Positions 51,461 through 64,000 of a stretch of 64,000 bases of DNA are shown here, one piece after another. Numbering within the stretch: position 1 is the first letter of the stretch; each line of letters begins with the position of its first letter. The notes beneath the pieces are model-generated. The model had not been told where the DNA came from. It did not search any database and saw only the letters and a program-made list of their open reading frames with translations. A program made the translations under genes and the position numbers. The DNA is from Octopus sinensis (Eukaryota), in the NCBI RefSeq assembly GCF_006345805.1, contig NC_043025.1, positions 5,146,001-5,210,000 of the forward strand, read 5' to 3'.

Positions 51461-51592
51461 TACTCTCTGGTTTCTGTTAGATTTAAGAGCTGTAATTTGA
51501 CAGAGTGGTTTTTTTTTAAACAAACAAGCTTGTGTGTTTTCTGTTTTAAATGGAGAAGCGGTGACAAGTGACAGTTCTGTAAATAGCAATAA

Positions 51593-51986
51593 CTAGCTTA
51601 AAGGCCACAGTCCGTGCAGACCTTTTTAAGCTAGCTAGCGCTAATTGGGTCTGCAGCCCAAAACTAAAGAGACCAATAGATAAAGCATTTATCGGTACCC
51701 TACCAATACGGTATTAGTTTAAATTCAGTTTCAATGAAAAACTTGTTCGCAAATTTTTGGTGTTTTTTTAAAATTTGAAATTTCAGCCGTTAGCATATGA
51801 CAGATCCTCATCCAGACCTGATCGCAATGCTGAAGGTTCAAGAACCAAATAAAGGGCAGATTTGTAATCCCGGGATCATCCTGATTCCCAAAAGGTATAA
51901 TATGTCTATGGAGAACAAATGTAGACTAAGATACAGGGGTCCTGGATGGACAGAGAGATGGACAGAAGTTTGTGTTTATTATTATT
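51593..51986 (-). mobile_element. Older Helitron-like element adjoining or hosting 51988-52378
   Basis: Terminal CTAG with inverted repeat ctagcttaaagg/cctttttaagctag, and gatggacaga repeats with tttattattatt at the other end. Confidence 0.45.
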
Positions 51987-51987
51987 A

Positions 51988-52378
51988 CTAGCAGTATAGC
52001 CTGACGTTGCTCGAGTTTGTTTCGACCCTTTAGAATTGGAATTTTTAAAAAGTAAAAATTTTGCATTATGTAGCTTGTTATTCTCTCTAAGTGAACATTT
52101 TTCTGGTTGAAATACACCGAAAAATGGCGACACAGCAGTAAAAAAATCGTAAAAAATAGGGATTTTCATAGAAAAAAGCACCTTTTTGATGTAAATAATT
52201 TTTGGTGTTTACATGGTCCGATTTGAATTTTTTCTTCTACGGAAGGAAGAGCAAACCTTCTTCTATCATACTCTCAATTTTGGTCAACTTGTGCTGCAGG
52301 GTCTCGGAGGAGATAGTGTTAGTTGAAGGCTACCAAACCTTCCACACACAGACAACTTCAGCTTTATATATTGAGAGA
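51988..52378 (-). mobile_element. Non-autonomous Helitron, same family as 32189-32581
   Basis: Reverse complement of 32189-32581 along its whole length: a|CTAG...gctttatatattgagaga|t. Confidence 0.85.
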
Positions 52379-53828
52379 TAAGTAATTATAAGTGATGTAT
52401 TGTGTCTAGGAAGAGTCATTCTGCCAGTATCAATAGCACTTGCATTGGTCCAATTCCACTTCTTTACTATCAGACAATTGGTTAAATATTCAACTAATTG
52501 TTTGTTTGTTCAACTGGTATATTTAACCAATTGACTGTGGATTTGAACCAGTGTGTGTGTGTGTGTTAATAATATTGGCATAATGATCCTCCCTAGACAC
52601 AATTGAACTTTTATATTCAACACATCATCGTCATCATCATCATTGTTTAATGTCTGTTTTCCATTCTGGCATGGATTGGATTTGACTGAGATCTGGAGAG
52701 CCAGCGGCTGCACCAAGCTCCAATCTTGATCTGGCAGAGTTTCTACAGCTGGATGTCCTTTCTAATGCCAACCACTCTGAGAGTGTAGTGGGTGCTTTAT
52801 ATGTGGCACTGGGGCCAGTCAGCGGGTAGTAGCATCGATCACATTTGGATTGTGCTTTTTACGTGCCACTGGCACAGGAGCCAGCCAGGCAGGCCTGGTA
52901 TCAATCACGTTCAGATAGTGCTTTTTTACGTGCCACCAGCACTGGGGCCAGTCAGTGGGTACTAGCTTCAGCCACGTTCAGATATTGTTTTTTTATGTGC
53001 CACTGGCATAAAAGCCAGTCAGCGGGTACTGGCATCTCCCACCGGCACGAGAGCAAGTCACGGGGTTCATATAATAAAGAAACTTGCAAACCAGATACAA
53101 ATACAAAATATAGATTTTGGGGTCTGACAATACACCACAAAGCTTGACAATCAGTGTTGGTGTGTTTACGTCCCTGTAACATAGCAGTTTGGCAAAGGAG
53201 ACTGATAGAATAAGGACTTAGGCTTAGAAAGTTGGTTTATTTGACTAAAACCCTTTAAGGCGGTGCTCCAGCATGACAACAGTCAAATGAGTGAAACGTA
53301 ATAGAATATACGCGTGTTTGTCATTGTGTTCATTTGCCATCATTTTATGGCAACCAGTGTTGGTTTGTTTACGTCTCTAGCTTAACAGTTCGCCTAAAGA
53401 TACCAATGGAATAAGTACTAGGCTTTAAAAAAAGGAAGGGTTTGTGTGGTTCAATTTCTTCAACTAAACCCTCCAAGGCGATGCCCCCAGCATGGCTGCA
53501 GTCCAATGACTGAAACCAGCGAAAAAGACAAACGCTAAAAGTGGCCTCTCCTTCACTGTACCCCCACCCCCATCACCCCTATCACTTGTATTTACATGAG
53601 CAATCATTCCCGCCCCACCACCTCCACCGGTGCCTATACTGACATCTCTTGTTTAAACCTGTTGTGCATACTTGCATCTCCTGCTCTGGTATGGACTCTC
53701 CCATCTCTGAGGTATCTGTTTGCATTAAAATGGACTGGCCCATGTCATTTGAATTGAATATTTGTAAAGAGGTTTCGTTGACAAATATTCTAATGATACT
53801 CCTTCATGCACACGTGTGTGTGTGTGTG

Positions 53829-53866
<38 letters not shown>

Positions 53867-53868
<2 letters not shown>

Positions 53869-54178
53869 GAGGCACAATGGCCCAGTGGTTAGGGCAGCGG
53901 ACTCGCGGTCGTAGGATTGTGGTTTCGATTCCCAGACCGGGCATTGTGAGTGTTTATTGAGCGAAAACACCCAAAGCTCCACGAGGCTCCGGCAGGGGGT
54001 GGTGGCAATCCCTGCTGTACTCTTTCGCCACAATTTTCTCTCGCTCTTCTTACTGTTGGCCTGCTCGCTTAGCGAGCGGGGTGGCGTCATTCGAAGGCTA
54101 AAACAATGCGAAGCGCATTGTGACCAGCGATGTGTAACAACATCTGATGGCCTGGTCGGTCACGGTGATCACGGTGAT
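53867..54178 (+). mobile_element. SINE family C
   Basis: A box TGGCCCAGTGG and B box GTTTCGATTCC; homologous to the copy at 24001. Confidence 0.82.
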
Positions 54179-55039
54179 ATATGTATGTATGTATCTATTA
54201 TGCGTAGCTGTGTGGTTAAGAAGCTTGCTTCCCAACCTCAGGACTTCAGTTTCAGTCCCACCGTGTTCCATCTAAGGCAAGTGTTTTTCTACCATTGCCT
54301 CAAGCTGGCCAAAAACCTTGTCAGTTGATTTGGCAGATGGAAACTAAAAGAAGCCCATCATATATATGTGTGTGTGTCTGTGTGTGTGCAGTTTTTGTGT
54401 CTCCTTGTCTTGGCATTATGGGACAGCTGTAAATGAGTGTCCCTGTCATACAAGCGGTGTCGTTCATTTCCAGTGTTTTGTGGGAACCTGTCTGGCCATG
54501 AAGGATCCAGCTACTGAAAATCTGCTGCAGTAAACTTCATCTAACCCATGCCAGCATAGAAAAGCAGACGTTAAAATGATGATAAAACATACCTTGAAGA
54601 GACAAGACAGGTGTTTAGTCTACAATAGCAAGGTTTGTTTTATTTAGTAAAAAATACAAAAGGAATGTAATGGACTTAGTGTGAAGTGGGAGGCACGTGG
54701 CCTAGTGGTTAGAGCAGTGAATTCATGGTTGAGGAACCGGGGGTTCTAATCTCAGAACAGGCGATGTGTGTGTTTGTTAATGAGTGAAACACTTAAGCTT
54801 TCTGCGGACTCTTTCGCCACAACTTTCTCTCACTCTTTCTTCTTGAATCTAACAGCTCACCTGAGATAGACTGGCGTTCCATCCAGGTGGGGAACCCATA
54901 TGCCAATGAAACTGGGAAACCAGCCCTTATGAGCCAGGCATTGCTCGAGAAGGAACAAATGACAATCCAATTATCCATGTGGTCACTGCTCACTTGTGTC
55001 CATGCAGACAGCTGACTTACATGACGGCTAATTCTGTGT

Positions 55040-55970
55040 TAACTGTCGACCACATAAGACCACATAAGGCTATAACTCTATCCAAGTGATCACACAACAC
55101 TATAGCTTTGTCCATATAGAGAATTGGCCACAAAATGCTATAGTTCTGTCCAAACATAACTGACCACACAGTACTATCACAGTCCAAACTCACAACTGAC
55201 CACACAGCACTGTCTAGTTATCCAACTGATCACAGCTCTGTTCTTGACCATACAAGTCAATGGCTCTGTCCATTTATATGAATGACCACAACACTATAGT
55301 ACTGTCCAAACACACAACTGACCACACAGCACTATAGCTTTTACTCTTTTACTCCTTTACTTGTTTCAGTCATTTGACTGCGGCCATGCTGGAGCACCAC
55401 CTTTAGTCAAGAAACTCGACTCCGGGACTTATTCTTTTGTTAGCCATCGGTCTCTTTTGTATTCTTTTGTATTCCATTGGTCTCTTTTGCTGAACCGCTA
55501 AGTGACGGGGACGTAAACGCTAGGGGGACAAACACACACACACACAAACACACACACATACACATATATATATACATATACATATATACGACAGGCTTCT
55601 TTCAGTTTCCGTCTACCAAATCCACTCACAAGGCATTGGTCGGCCCGGGGCTATAGCAGAAGACACTTGCCCAAGATGCCACGCAGTGGGACTGAACCCG
55701 GAACCATACAGCCACTCCTGCGCCTATACACGTCCAATAATACAAGTGACTACCCAACACTATAGCTCTGTCCAAACTCAGCTGACCACACAACTCTATA
55801 ACCCTATCCAGTCCATACACTTGACCATACAGGACTATAGCTTGGTCCAGTTATACAAATGACCACAGAACCCTACAGCTAAGTCATCACAACAAGCTGC
55901 AATGCTATTAAGAGACTGACCACGGTACAATCACTCCTGGACTCTGTCTCCTGAGGTAAACTGACCATGC
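55040..55970. repeat. Degenerate tandem repeat of about 38 bp (tgaccacacagcactatagctctgtcc)
   Basis: Recurrent tgacca...tatag...gtcca motif. Confidence 0.65.
55340..55725 (-). mobile_element. SINE family A with internal deletions, inserted in a degenerate repeat array of about 38 bp
   Basis: Reverse complement of family A. Confidence 0.78.
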
Positions 55971-56407
55971 TACATCATAATGTACTGGTAATAGGTCAAC
56001 ACCGCTGCTAAATATGACACCATTTCCAACTGACCAATGAACAAACACCACCACCACTACCACTACGACGACCATCACCACTACCACCACCATCACCACT
56101 ACCACCACCATCACCACTACAACCACCATCACCACTACCACCACCACCACCACTACAAAACCTACAGTTGACCCAATGACATAACTCAGGTTTGATGTGA
56201 CTCTTTCTGAAGTAGAACTCCACTTGAGTGGAGTAGTGATGGGCGAGGGAGGACAGAGGATCAAAGGAAAACAGAGAAGGGTGGTGGTGGTGGTGGTGGA
56301 ATGATGCCGGTATACTGCTGTGGTAGCATGTGCGGGCTGGTGTTTGTGCTGTAGTGGTAGCAATGGTGTGGTATTAGAAGCGGTATGGTTCTGTAATGGT
56401 ATCATAA

Positions 56408-56824
56408 TACAGAAACAGGAAGTAAGAGTGAGAGAAAGTTGTGGTGAAAGAGTACAGCAGGGATCAACACCATCCCTGCCGGAGCCTCGTGGAGCTTTTA
56501 GGTGTCTTCGCTCAATAAACACACACAATGCCCGGTCTGGGAATCGAAACCGCGATCCTACGACCGCGAGTCCGCTGCCCTAACCACTGGGCCATTGCGT
56601 CTCCACCCTTTGAAATACAGGTACAACAGAAAAAGGAAGTAAGAGTGAGAGAAAGTTGTGGTGAAAGAGTACAGCAGGGATCACCACCATCCCCTGCTGG
56701 AGCCTCGTGGAGCTCTTAGGTGTTTTCGCTCAATAAACACTCACAACGCCCGGTCTGGGAATTGAAACCACGATCCTGCGACCGTGAGTCCGCTGCCCTA
56801 ACCACTGGGCCATTGCGCCTCCAC
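56408..56824 (-). mobile_element. Two tandem SINE-C 5' halves
   Basis: 56408-56605 and 56607-56824 are reverse complements of the family C head. Confidence 0.8.
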
Positions 56825-58374
56825 AAATTCTTTGTTATATCTAAAGTAATTGAAAGAAACACAGAACATCTCAAAATAAATACAGTAACGAAAGGGTTAA
56901 GCTGCTAGAAATAGCAGCACACAACACCACTTATCTCTCATTTTATTTTAATAAACATTCCTAGTTTTACCGTGTGTGAAGTAATTGCTACTATAGGTAA
57001 AATTTAGCATGTTGATTTTGTTACGTCACTGACCCCTTAAAGCCTAATGCCCCCTTCGTCACACCCAACGCCCCCTTCGATATACCCAGCAACCCCATGG
57101 GGGCGGTACTGTCCGTGTTGAGAACTTTTGGCATAGAGGAACAGGTGATATTGAAGATACAGCGGGTGAGGTGGGGAGACAGATGTCCACTTCAGTCACA
57201 AGTGCACCTGTCTGTCACGAATGTCCACTTCATTGACCACTGTCCACTTCATTGACCACTGTCTGTTTCCTTTGTCAGTGTCCACCTCATTTGCAAGTGT
57301 CCACCTCTGTCGCAACTGTCCACTTCTTTCATCGGTGTGTGCACCTCAGTCGCCACCGTCCACCTTGATCATAACAACGACCTCTTAAACTGTTCAGTGA
57401 CTTCGGTTGATGTCTTTTGTTCTCTTTCGACAATTGTTTCAAGAGAGTACAAGTCTTTGTCTGTCTGTCTGTCTGTCCCTCTGCCTGTGCCTCAATGTGT
57501 GTGTGTGTGTGTGTGCACACACTGTGGGGGTAGTAGTAGATGTTATCCTTGAAGAGGGGGGGGGGGGCATTTCTTGTTGGGGGAACGTGGGGGGGGTGCT
57601 TTAGCTGCTGGAATTCATGGTGGTGGTGTGGTGGCGGCGGTGGTGGTATTGGCACAGCCACTGCGCAAGGGGGTAGGGGGTAGGTGCTGTTTGGTGGCCT
57701 ATTCATGCATATTCGTCTGTGTACTCGGCAGTGACTTTATGAGGGTGGGGGCTAGTGGCGCTACGAACGTCCGTACGTCGGGCCCTACCCCTCAGTCTCT
57801 CCTCCCCCCCCGATTAAATTTACATTAAATCTAATTAATCACTATAGAACTTATTTCCTTTCATTAAGTGCCAAAAAAAAAAATTTTTTTTTTTTTTTTT
57901 TCTTCTGTCTAGTGATTCATGACTTTGAAAAGTTCTTACCTAATTTGGCACTAATGAAGATTCAGTGTCTGGTGACGGTGACGGTGACGGTGGTGGTGGT
58001 GGTGGTGGTGGTGGTGGTGGTGGTGGTGGTGGTGGTGGTTGTTGTTGTTGTTGTTGTTCAGCCGCAGGTCAGTCCCGATCTAGCAAGCTTATGATCAAAA
58101 ACATTCCAGCTGCGACCATCTCTTCTTATTCTAGGTGCAAAAAAAAGCCCCTGGCCTAATGTCTGGTTGTTGTTTAGCCCCAGGCCAGCCTTCATCTATC
58201 AAGCTTCCAATAAGAGACATTCTAGTTGTGACCATCTCTATTTTTTCTGGGTGCAAAGGTACTGCATTATCCAAAATATTCTTATTTTCTAAAACAGTAA
58301 TGCTTCCCTATGACCCCCGGGATAAGGAAAGGGTAGGGGGAAATGGAATTTTTTTTTTTTTACATAGAAAAAAG

Positions 58375-58765
58375 GTAGAAGTATCTGTGTGGTATGTAGC
58401 TTGCTTACCAACCACATAGTTCCGAGTTCAGTTCCACTGTGTGGCACCTTGGGCAAGTGTCTTCTACTATAGTCTCAGGCCGACCAAAACCTTGTGAGTG
58501 GATTTCGTAGACGGAAAATTGAAAGAATCCCGTTGTATATATGTATATATATATGTGTGTGTGTCTGTGTCTGTCCCCCCCTCCCCCAACATTGTTTGAC
58601 AACCGATGCTGGTGTATTTACGTCCCCATAACTTAGCGGTTCAGCAAAAGAGACCGATAGAATAAGTACTGGGCTTACAAAGAATAAGTCCTAGGGTCGA
58701 TTTGTTTGACTAAAGGTGGTGCTCCAGCATGGCCACGGTCAAATGACTGACACAGGTAAAAGAGT
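58375..58765 (+). mobile_element. SINE family A
   Basis: Matches 15164-15553. Confidence 0.82.
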
Positions 58766-59324
58766 ATATATAACTGCATGCATGGCTGTGTGGTTAAGAT
58801 GCTTGCTTTGCAACTTCATGGTTTCAGGTTCAGTTCCACTGCACAGCACCTTGGATAAATGTTTTCCTATTATAGCTCTGGGTCAACCAATCACTTGTGA
58901 GTGAACTTGGTAGATGGATACTGTGTGGAAACCTGTCGTGTGTGTGTGTGTGGTGTGTGTGTGTGTGTGGAGAGGCACATGGCCTAGTGGTTGGGTGTGT
59001 TGCATTCATGGTCATGAGGTCGTGGTTTCAATTCCTAGACCGGCTGCACATTGTATTCTTGAGCGAAGCACTTCATTTCATGTTGCTCCAGGCCGCTGCT
59101 CAGCTGCTAATGGGTCACCCTATGATGGGGTAGCCTTCTGATCAGGGTTCGGGGTGAGGGATGTTAGCCTACTTGTCTAGCCAGTGGGATGGGCATCATT
59201 CAAAAGCTAAAATATGGTCGATACACTGATGTGTGTGTGTGTGTCCTATCACAACCTGATAACCAGTGTTGGTTTGTTTACTTCTCCATAACTTAACAGT
59301 TCAGCAAAAGAGACTAATAGAACG

Positions 59325-59955
59325 AAGCTGTGAGATAATGCATGATTAATTCAAAACAAGGCCAGATCCAGCCTCTCACACCTACCCTACAATGTCATTC
59401 TAGAAATAAACAATCACATTATTGAAATCTCAAAGCTATGAGATAATGCGGGATTAATTGAAAACAAGGCCAGATCCAGCCTCTCGCACCTACCCTACAA
59501 TGTCATTCTAGAAATAAACAATCACATTATTGAAATCTCAAAGCTATGAGATAATGCGGGATTAATTGAAAACAAGGCCAGATCCAGCCTCTCACACCTA
59601 CCCTACAATGTCATTCTAAAAATAAACAATCACATCATTGAAATCTCAAAGCTATGAGATAATGCGGGATTAATTGAAAACAAGGCCAGATCCAGCCTCT
59701 CACACCTACCCTACAATGTCATTCTAAATATAAACAATCACATCTTTGAAATCTCAAAGCTATGAGATAATGCATGATTAATTCAAAACAAGGCCAGATC
59801 CAGCCTCTCACACCTACCCTACAATGTCATTCTAAAAATAAACAATCACATCTTTGAAATCTCAAAGCTATGAGATAATGCATGATTAATTCAAAACAAG
59901 GCCAGATCCAGCCTCTCACACCTACCCTACAATGTCATCTTAAACATAAACAATT
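59325..59955. repeat. 108-bp tandem repeat (about 5.8 units) derived from the interior of a piggyBac MITE
   Basis: tgagat recurs at 59331, 59439, 59547, 59655, 59763 and 59871. The unit is the reverse complement of an internal part of 11736-11964. Confidence 0.88.
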
Positions 59956-60919
59956 CTGTCCCTGTCCAAATTTGACCATGGCTGATTTCTTCTGGAAAGG
60001 GAGGTGAAAAATTAATCCTAATCCAATGCCGGTCTTTTTTATTATTGACCCCGCTAAAAGGACGAGGTGTGAAGTTGACCCTGGCTGGATTTGAACCGAG
60101 AATAACAAAACTAATGGCTATCCACCGTTCTAATAACTCTGTCAACTCGCGACCTTTTATTTACGCTATGCCTCAATAATAAACTGGACTGTCATGGCTG
60201 AAACAAGTGCAATCTTTGATCATAGTTTTGCTGGATCCTATCTGCCCTGCGGCTATTAAACAATAATCAAATGAGAGCAACAACCATCCACTAGGAGTGG
60301 AAGTCACAAGTGGGAAGACTTAAGAGAGCCCTGTAAATTGTGTGCATCTTGCAGTTTCATGCCATGTATGTTTAAAATTGAATAGTGTGTGTGTATATAT
60401 ATACACATATATATATATATATATTTATGTATTTATGTATGTATATATTTATATTGTCTGTGTTTGTGCTTTACTGTAAAATTTCTGTAATTAGTCTTTC
60501 TGTGTCTCTGTCTTCATCTCTCTAATCATCACCTAAGGCTGACATTCCGTGAATCATCACCTGAGGCTGACATTCACTTCTTTTGTCATTATCTCTGATT
60601 GTTTGCATTATATCATTGTCAGAAACATGGCAAAGTAGGTAGTTCACTGGAATATAATTGGTTTTGCTCCCCGTATTAACGCCCACTTGATGCATGCGTG
60701 TGTCTGTCTGTGTGTGCGCTGTTTTCTTCTCTCCGCAAGTGTGTTTGTGTGAGAGAAATTAAATCTATGTTTTTTTGTTTTTTTTTACGTTTCGTTTGTT
60801 TTTCTGTGTTGTTGTTGTTGTTTTTTTTTCTATCTTTCTCCAATCCTTTCCAGTTTTAAATCTGTAAGAACCGGCTTTGTGTGTTGGCATTGGCGTTGGT
60901 GGATCTCTTGTTGATATTG

Positions 60920-61380
60920 CTGTAGTTGTTTAGCCCTCGGTCAACCCTGGCCCAGCATACCTATCAAAGAAGTTATAGCAGTCACCATCATTTTTTTTCT
61001 TTTTTAAATCAGCCACAGTGCATCTAGAACTACACTATTGAATGTGTGCTCCTCGTGTTGTTATTTAGCCCTAGGCGATCTCTGGTCAGGGAGGCCTATG
61101 ATCAAAGATGTTATAGCAGTTGGCATCCTAGTTTTTCTTTTTTTTAAGACATTGTATATCTTGAAGTACATTATCTAATGTTTTTGCTGTTGTTAAGCCC
61201 TTGGCGATCCCTGATCCAGCACACCTATGATCAAAGATGTTTCAGCTTTGACCATCCTATCTTTATATGAACAGTGTACCTAGGAGTACATAATCTAATG
61301 TCTCCTTCCATTTTGTTGTTTAACCCCAGGATCACCCTAATTCAGCAGGCCTATGATCAAGGATGTTTACTTCTGACCAT
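60920..61380 (+). repeat. Three to four degenerate units of about 130 bp (tttagccc..ctgatc..cctatgatcaaaga..gaccatc)
   Basis: The same motif also occurs at 58060-58290. Confidence 0.6.
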
Positions 61381-61673
61381 CCTTGTGAGTGGATTTGGTA
61401 GATGGAAACTGAAAGAAGCCTGTCGTATATATGTATATATATATATGTATGTGTGTGTGTGTGTTTGTGTGTCTGTGTTTGTCCCTCTAGCATTGCTTGA
61501 CAACCGATGCTGGTGTGTTTACGTCCCCGTCACTTAGCGGTTCGGCAAAAAGAGACCGATAGAATAAGTACTGGGCTTACAAAAGAATAAGTCCCGGGGT
61601 CGATTTGCTTGACTAAAAGGCGGTGCTCCAGCGTGGCCGCAGTCAAATGACTGAAACAAATAAAAGTAAAGAG
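61381..61673 (+). mobile_element. SINE family A, 5'-truncated
   Basis: Matches the family A body and tail. Confidence 0.82.
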
Positions 61674-61814
61674 TATATATATTATATATATATATTATAT
61701 ATATATATATATATATGCATATATATATATATAATAATGCAATATAATATATATATATGCATATATATATATATATATGCATATATTAATTATATATATA
61801 TGCATATATATATA

Positions 61815-61860
<46 letters not shown>

Positions 61861-61949
61861 TATATATAATATATATAATATATATATGCATATATATATA
61901 TATGCATATATATATATATATATATTATATATATGCATATATATAATAT

Positions 61950-62004
<55 letters not shown>

Positions 62005-62452
62005 GCATATATATATATGCATATATATATGCATATATTATATATATATATATATATGCATATATATATATATATATTGCATACTATATATATATATATA
62101 TGCATATATATATATATATATATATACTCTTTACTTTATTTGTTTCAGTCATTTGACTGCGGCCACGCTGGAGCACCGCCTTTTAGTCAAGCAAATCGAC
62201 CCCGGGATTTATATATATATGCATATATATATATATATATATGCATATATATATATATATATTGCATATATATATAATATATATATGCATATATATATAA
62301 TATGCATATATAATATATATGCATATATATATATGCATATATATTATATGCATATATATATATATATGTATTATATATATATATATCTATAATATTATAT
62401 ATATATGCATATATATATAATACTATAATATATATATGCATCTATTATAATA

Positions 62453-62501
<49 letters not shown>

Positions 62502-62520
62502 TGCATATATATATATATGC

Positions 62521-62560
<40 letters not shown>

Positions 62561-63005
62561 TATATATATATATGCATCTAATATATATATATATATGCAT
62601 ATATATAATATGCATATATAATATATATATATATGCATATATAATATATATATGCATATATATATATGCATATATATATATATATATATATGCATATATA
62701 TATATCTATATATATGCATACTATATATATGCATTATATATATGCATATATATATATATAATATATATATGCATATATATAATATATATATATGATATAT
62801 ATATATGCATATATATATATATATATATATATGCATATATATATATATATATATATGCATATTATATATGCATATATATTATATAATATATATGCATTAT
62901 ATATATATATATATATATGCATATATATATATGCATATATATATATATGCATATATATATATGCATATATATATATATATATATTATATGCATATATATA
63001 TATGC

Positions 63006-63036
<31 letters not shown>

Positions 63037-63468
63037 CGGAAGGTTTGGAGATGATGTACAGGTATTATATATTAGAAAAATTGAGGTAATCAGATCAGAT
63101 GGTTCATATTTGTAGATATTTATTTATATATTACATTTTTTACATATATATCATATTATTCGGATTAGCGCTTGCTCCCATTCTAGTGGATTGAAAACCC
63201 ACTAGAATGGAGCAAGCGCTTATCCGAATAATATGATATATATGTAAAAATGTAATATATAAATAAATCTACAAAAATATGAACCATTCTGATCTGACCT
63301 CAATTTTCTAATATAATATATATATATGCATATATATATATATGCATATATATATATATATATATATTGCATATATATATATATGCATGTATATATATAT
63401 ATATGCATATATATATATATGCATATATATATATAATATGCATATATATTATATATGATAATATATAA

Positions 63469-63504
<36 letters not shown>

Positions 63505-63579
63505 TATATATATATATATATATGCATATATATATATATATATAATATATTATTATATGCATATATTACATGCATATAT

Positions 63580-63611
<32 letters not shown>

Positions 63612-63720
63612 TAATATATATGCATATTATACATATATATATATATATATATATGCATATATATACATATATATGTATATATATATGCACACAGACACAC
63701 ACATGCAAATATATACATAC
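61674..63720. repeat. About 2 kb of (TA)n/ATATGCAT low-complexity sequence containing fold-back inversions
   Basis: Directly visible. Confidence 0.9.
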
Positions 63721-64000
63721 ACATCCCTCTGTAGTATGCCTTTAGTAGAACTGGTGGAGTAGCAGACAAGATGTTTTTTCTGTATTTCGTGGCATTCTTT
63801 CACGTATGCAGTTCAAATCCCACAGCAATTGACATTGTGTTTCCTGTTAGCATTGATAGGGAGGGGCAGTCAATAAAAAAAAAAAAAGAAAAAAAAAACA
63901 TCGCCAGTGTAAATAACTGTTTCCTCTCTCCCCTCTAAATTTACACCCTCGTGCCTATATTATTAATTATTATTATTATTATTTATTAAGACGGCGTGCT

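Noticed and set aside
51797-51991. 64-aa ORF MTDPHPDLIAMLKVQ...
   Set aside because: Lies inside a Helitron-like repeat, with no recognisable homology or exon boundaries.
57944-57965. miR-96-like sequence TTTGGCACTA
   Set aside because: The match is only 10 nt and the partner arm is too distant, across poly-A/T, for a pre-miRNA.
61534-63745. Tyr/Ile-rich ORFs (also many elsewhere in the track)
   Set aside because: Translations of (TA)n and (TG)n microsatellites.

Overview
Repeat-dense, AT-rich animal genomic DNA, most likely from Octopus or another coleoid cephalopod. That assignment is inferred from the tRNA-derived SINE families and the (TA)n/(CA)n load. Only one convincing coding exon was found: a 138-nt, phase 1-1, + strand exon at 33459-33596 whose peptide aligns with the CUX1/CASP N-terminal coiled-coil region. 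The rest of the window therefore appears to be two very large introns of a cut/CUX (or CASP) gene. The introns hold four SINE families, RTE and CR1 LINE 3' fragments, non-autonomous Helitrons, hAT, piggyBac and mariner MITEs, a 5S rRNA pseudogene and several minisatellites. The least expected signal is a set of type I hammerhead-ribozyme (HHR) motifs in at least four short non-autonomous element families. Two diverged copies (about 5011-5104 and 39194-39289) keep the same fold through covarying stems and palindromic loop III. One family couples a tRNA-like head to an HHR, and one copy forms an inverted hairpin like Penelope termini. All intact HHR cores lie antisense to the host gene. Nearly all ORFs in the supplied track are microsatellite or SINE artefacts. 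All alignments and folds were done by eye.
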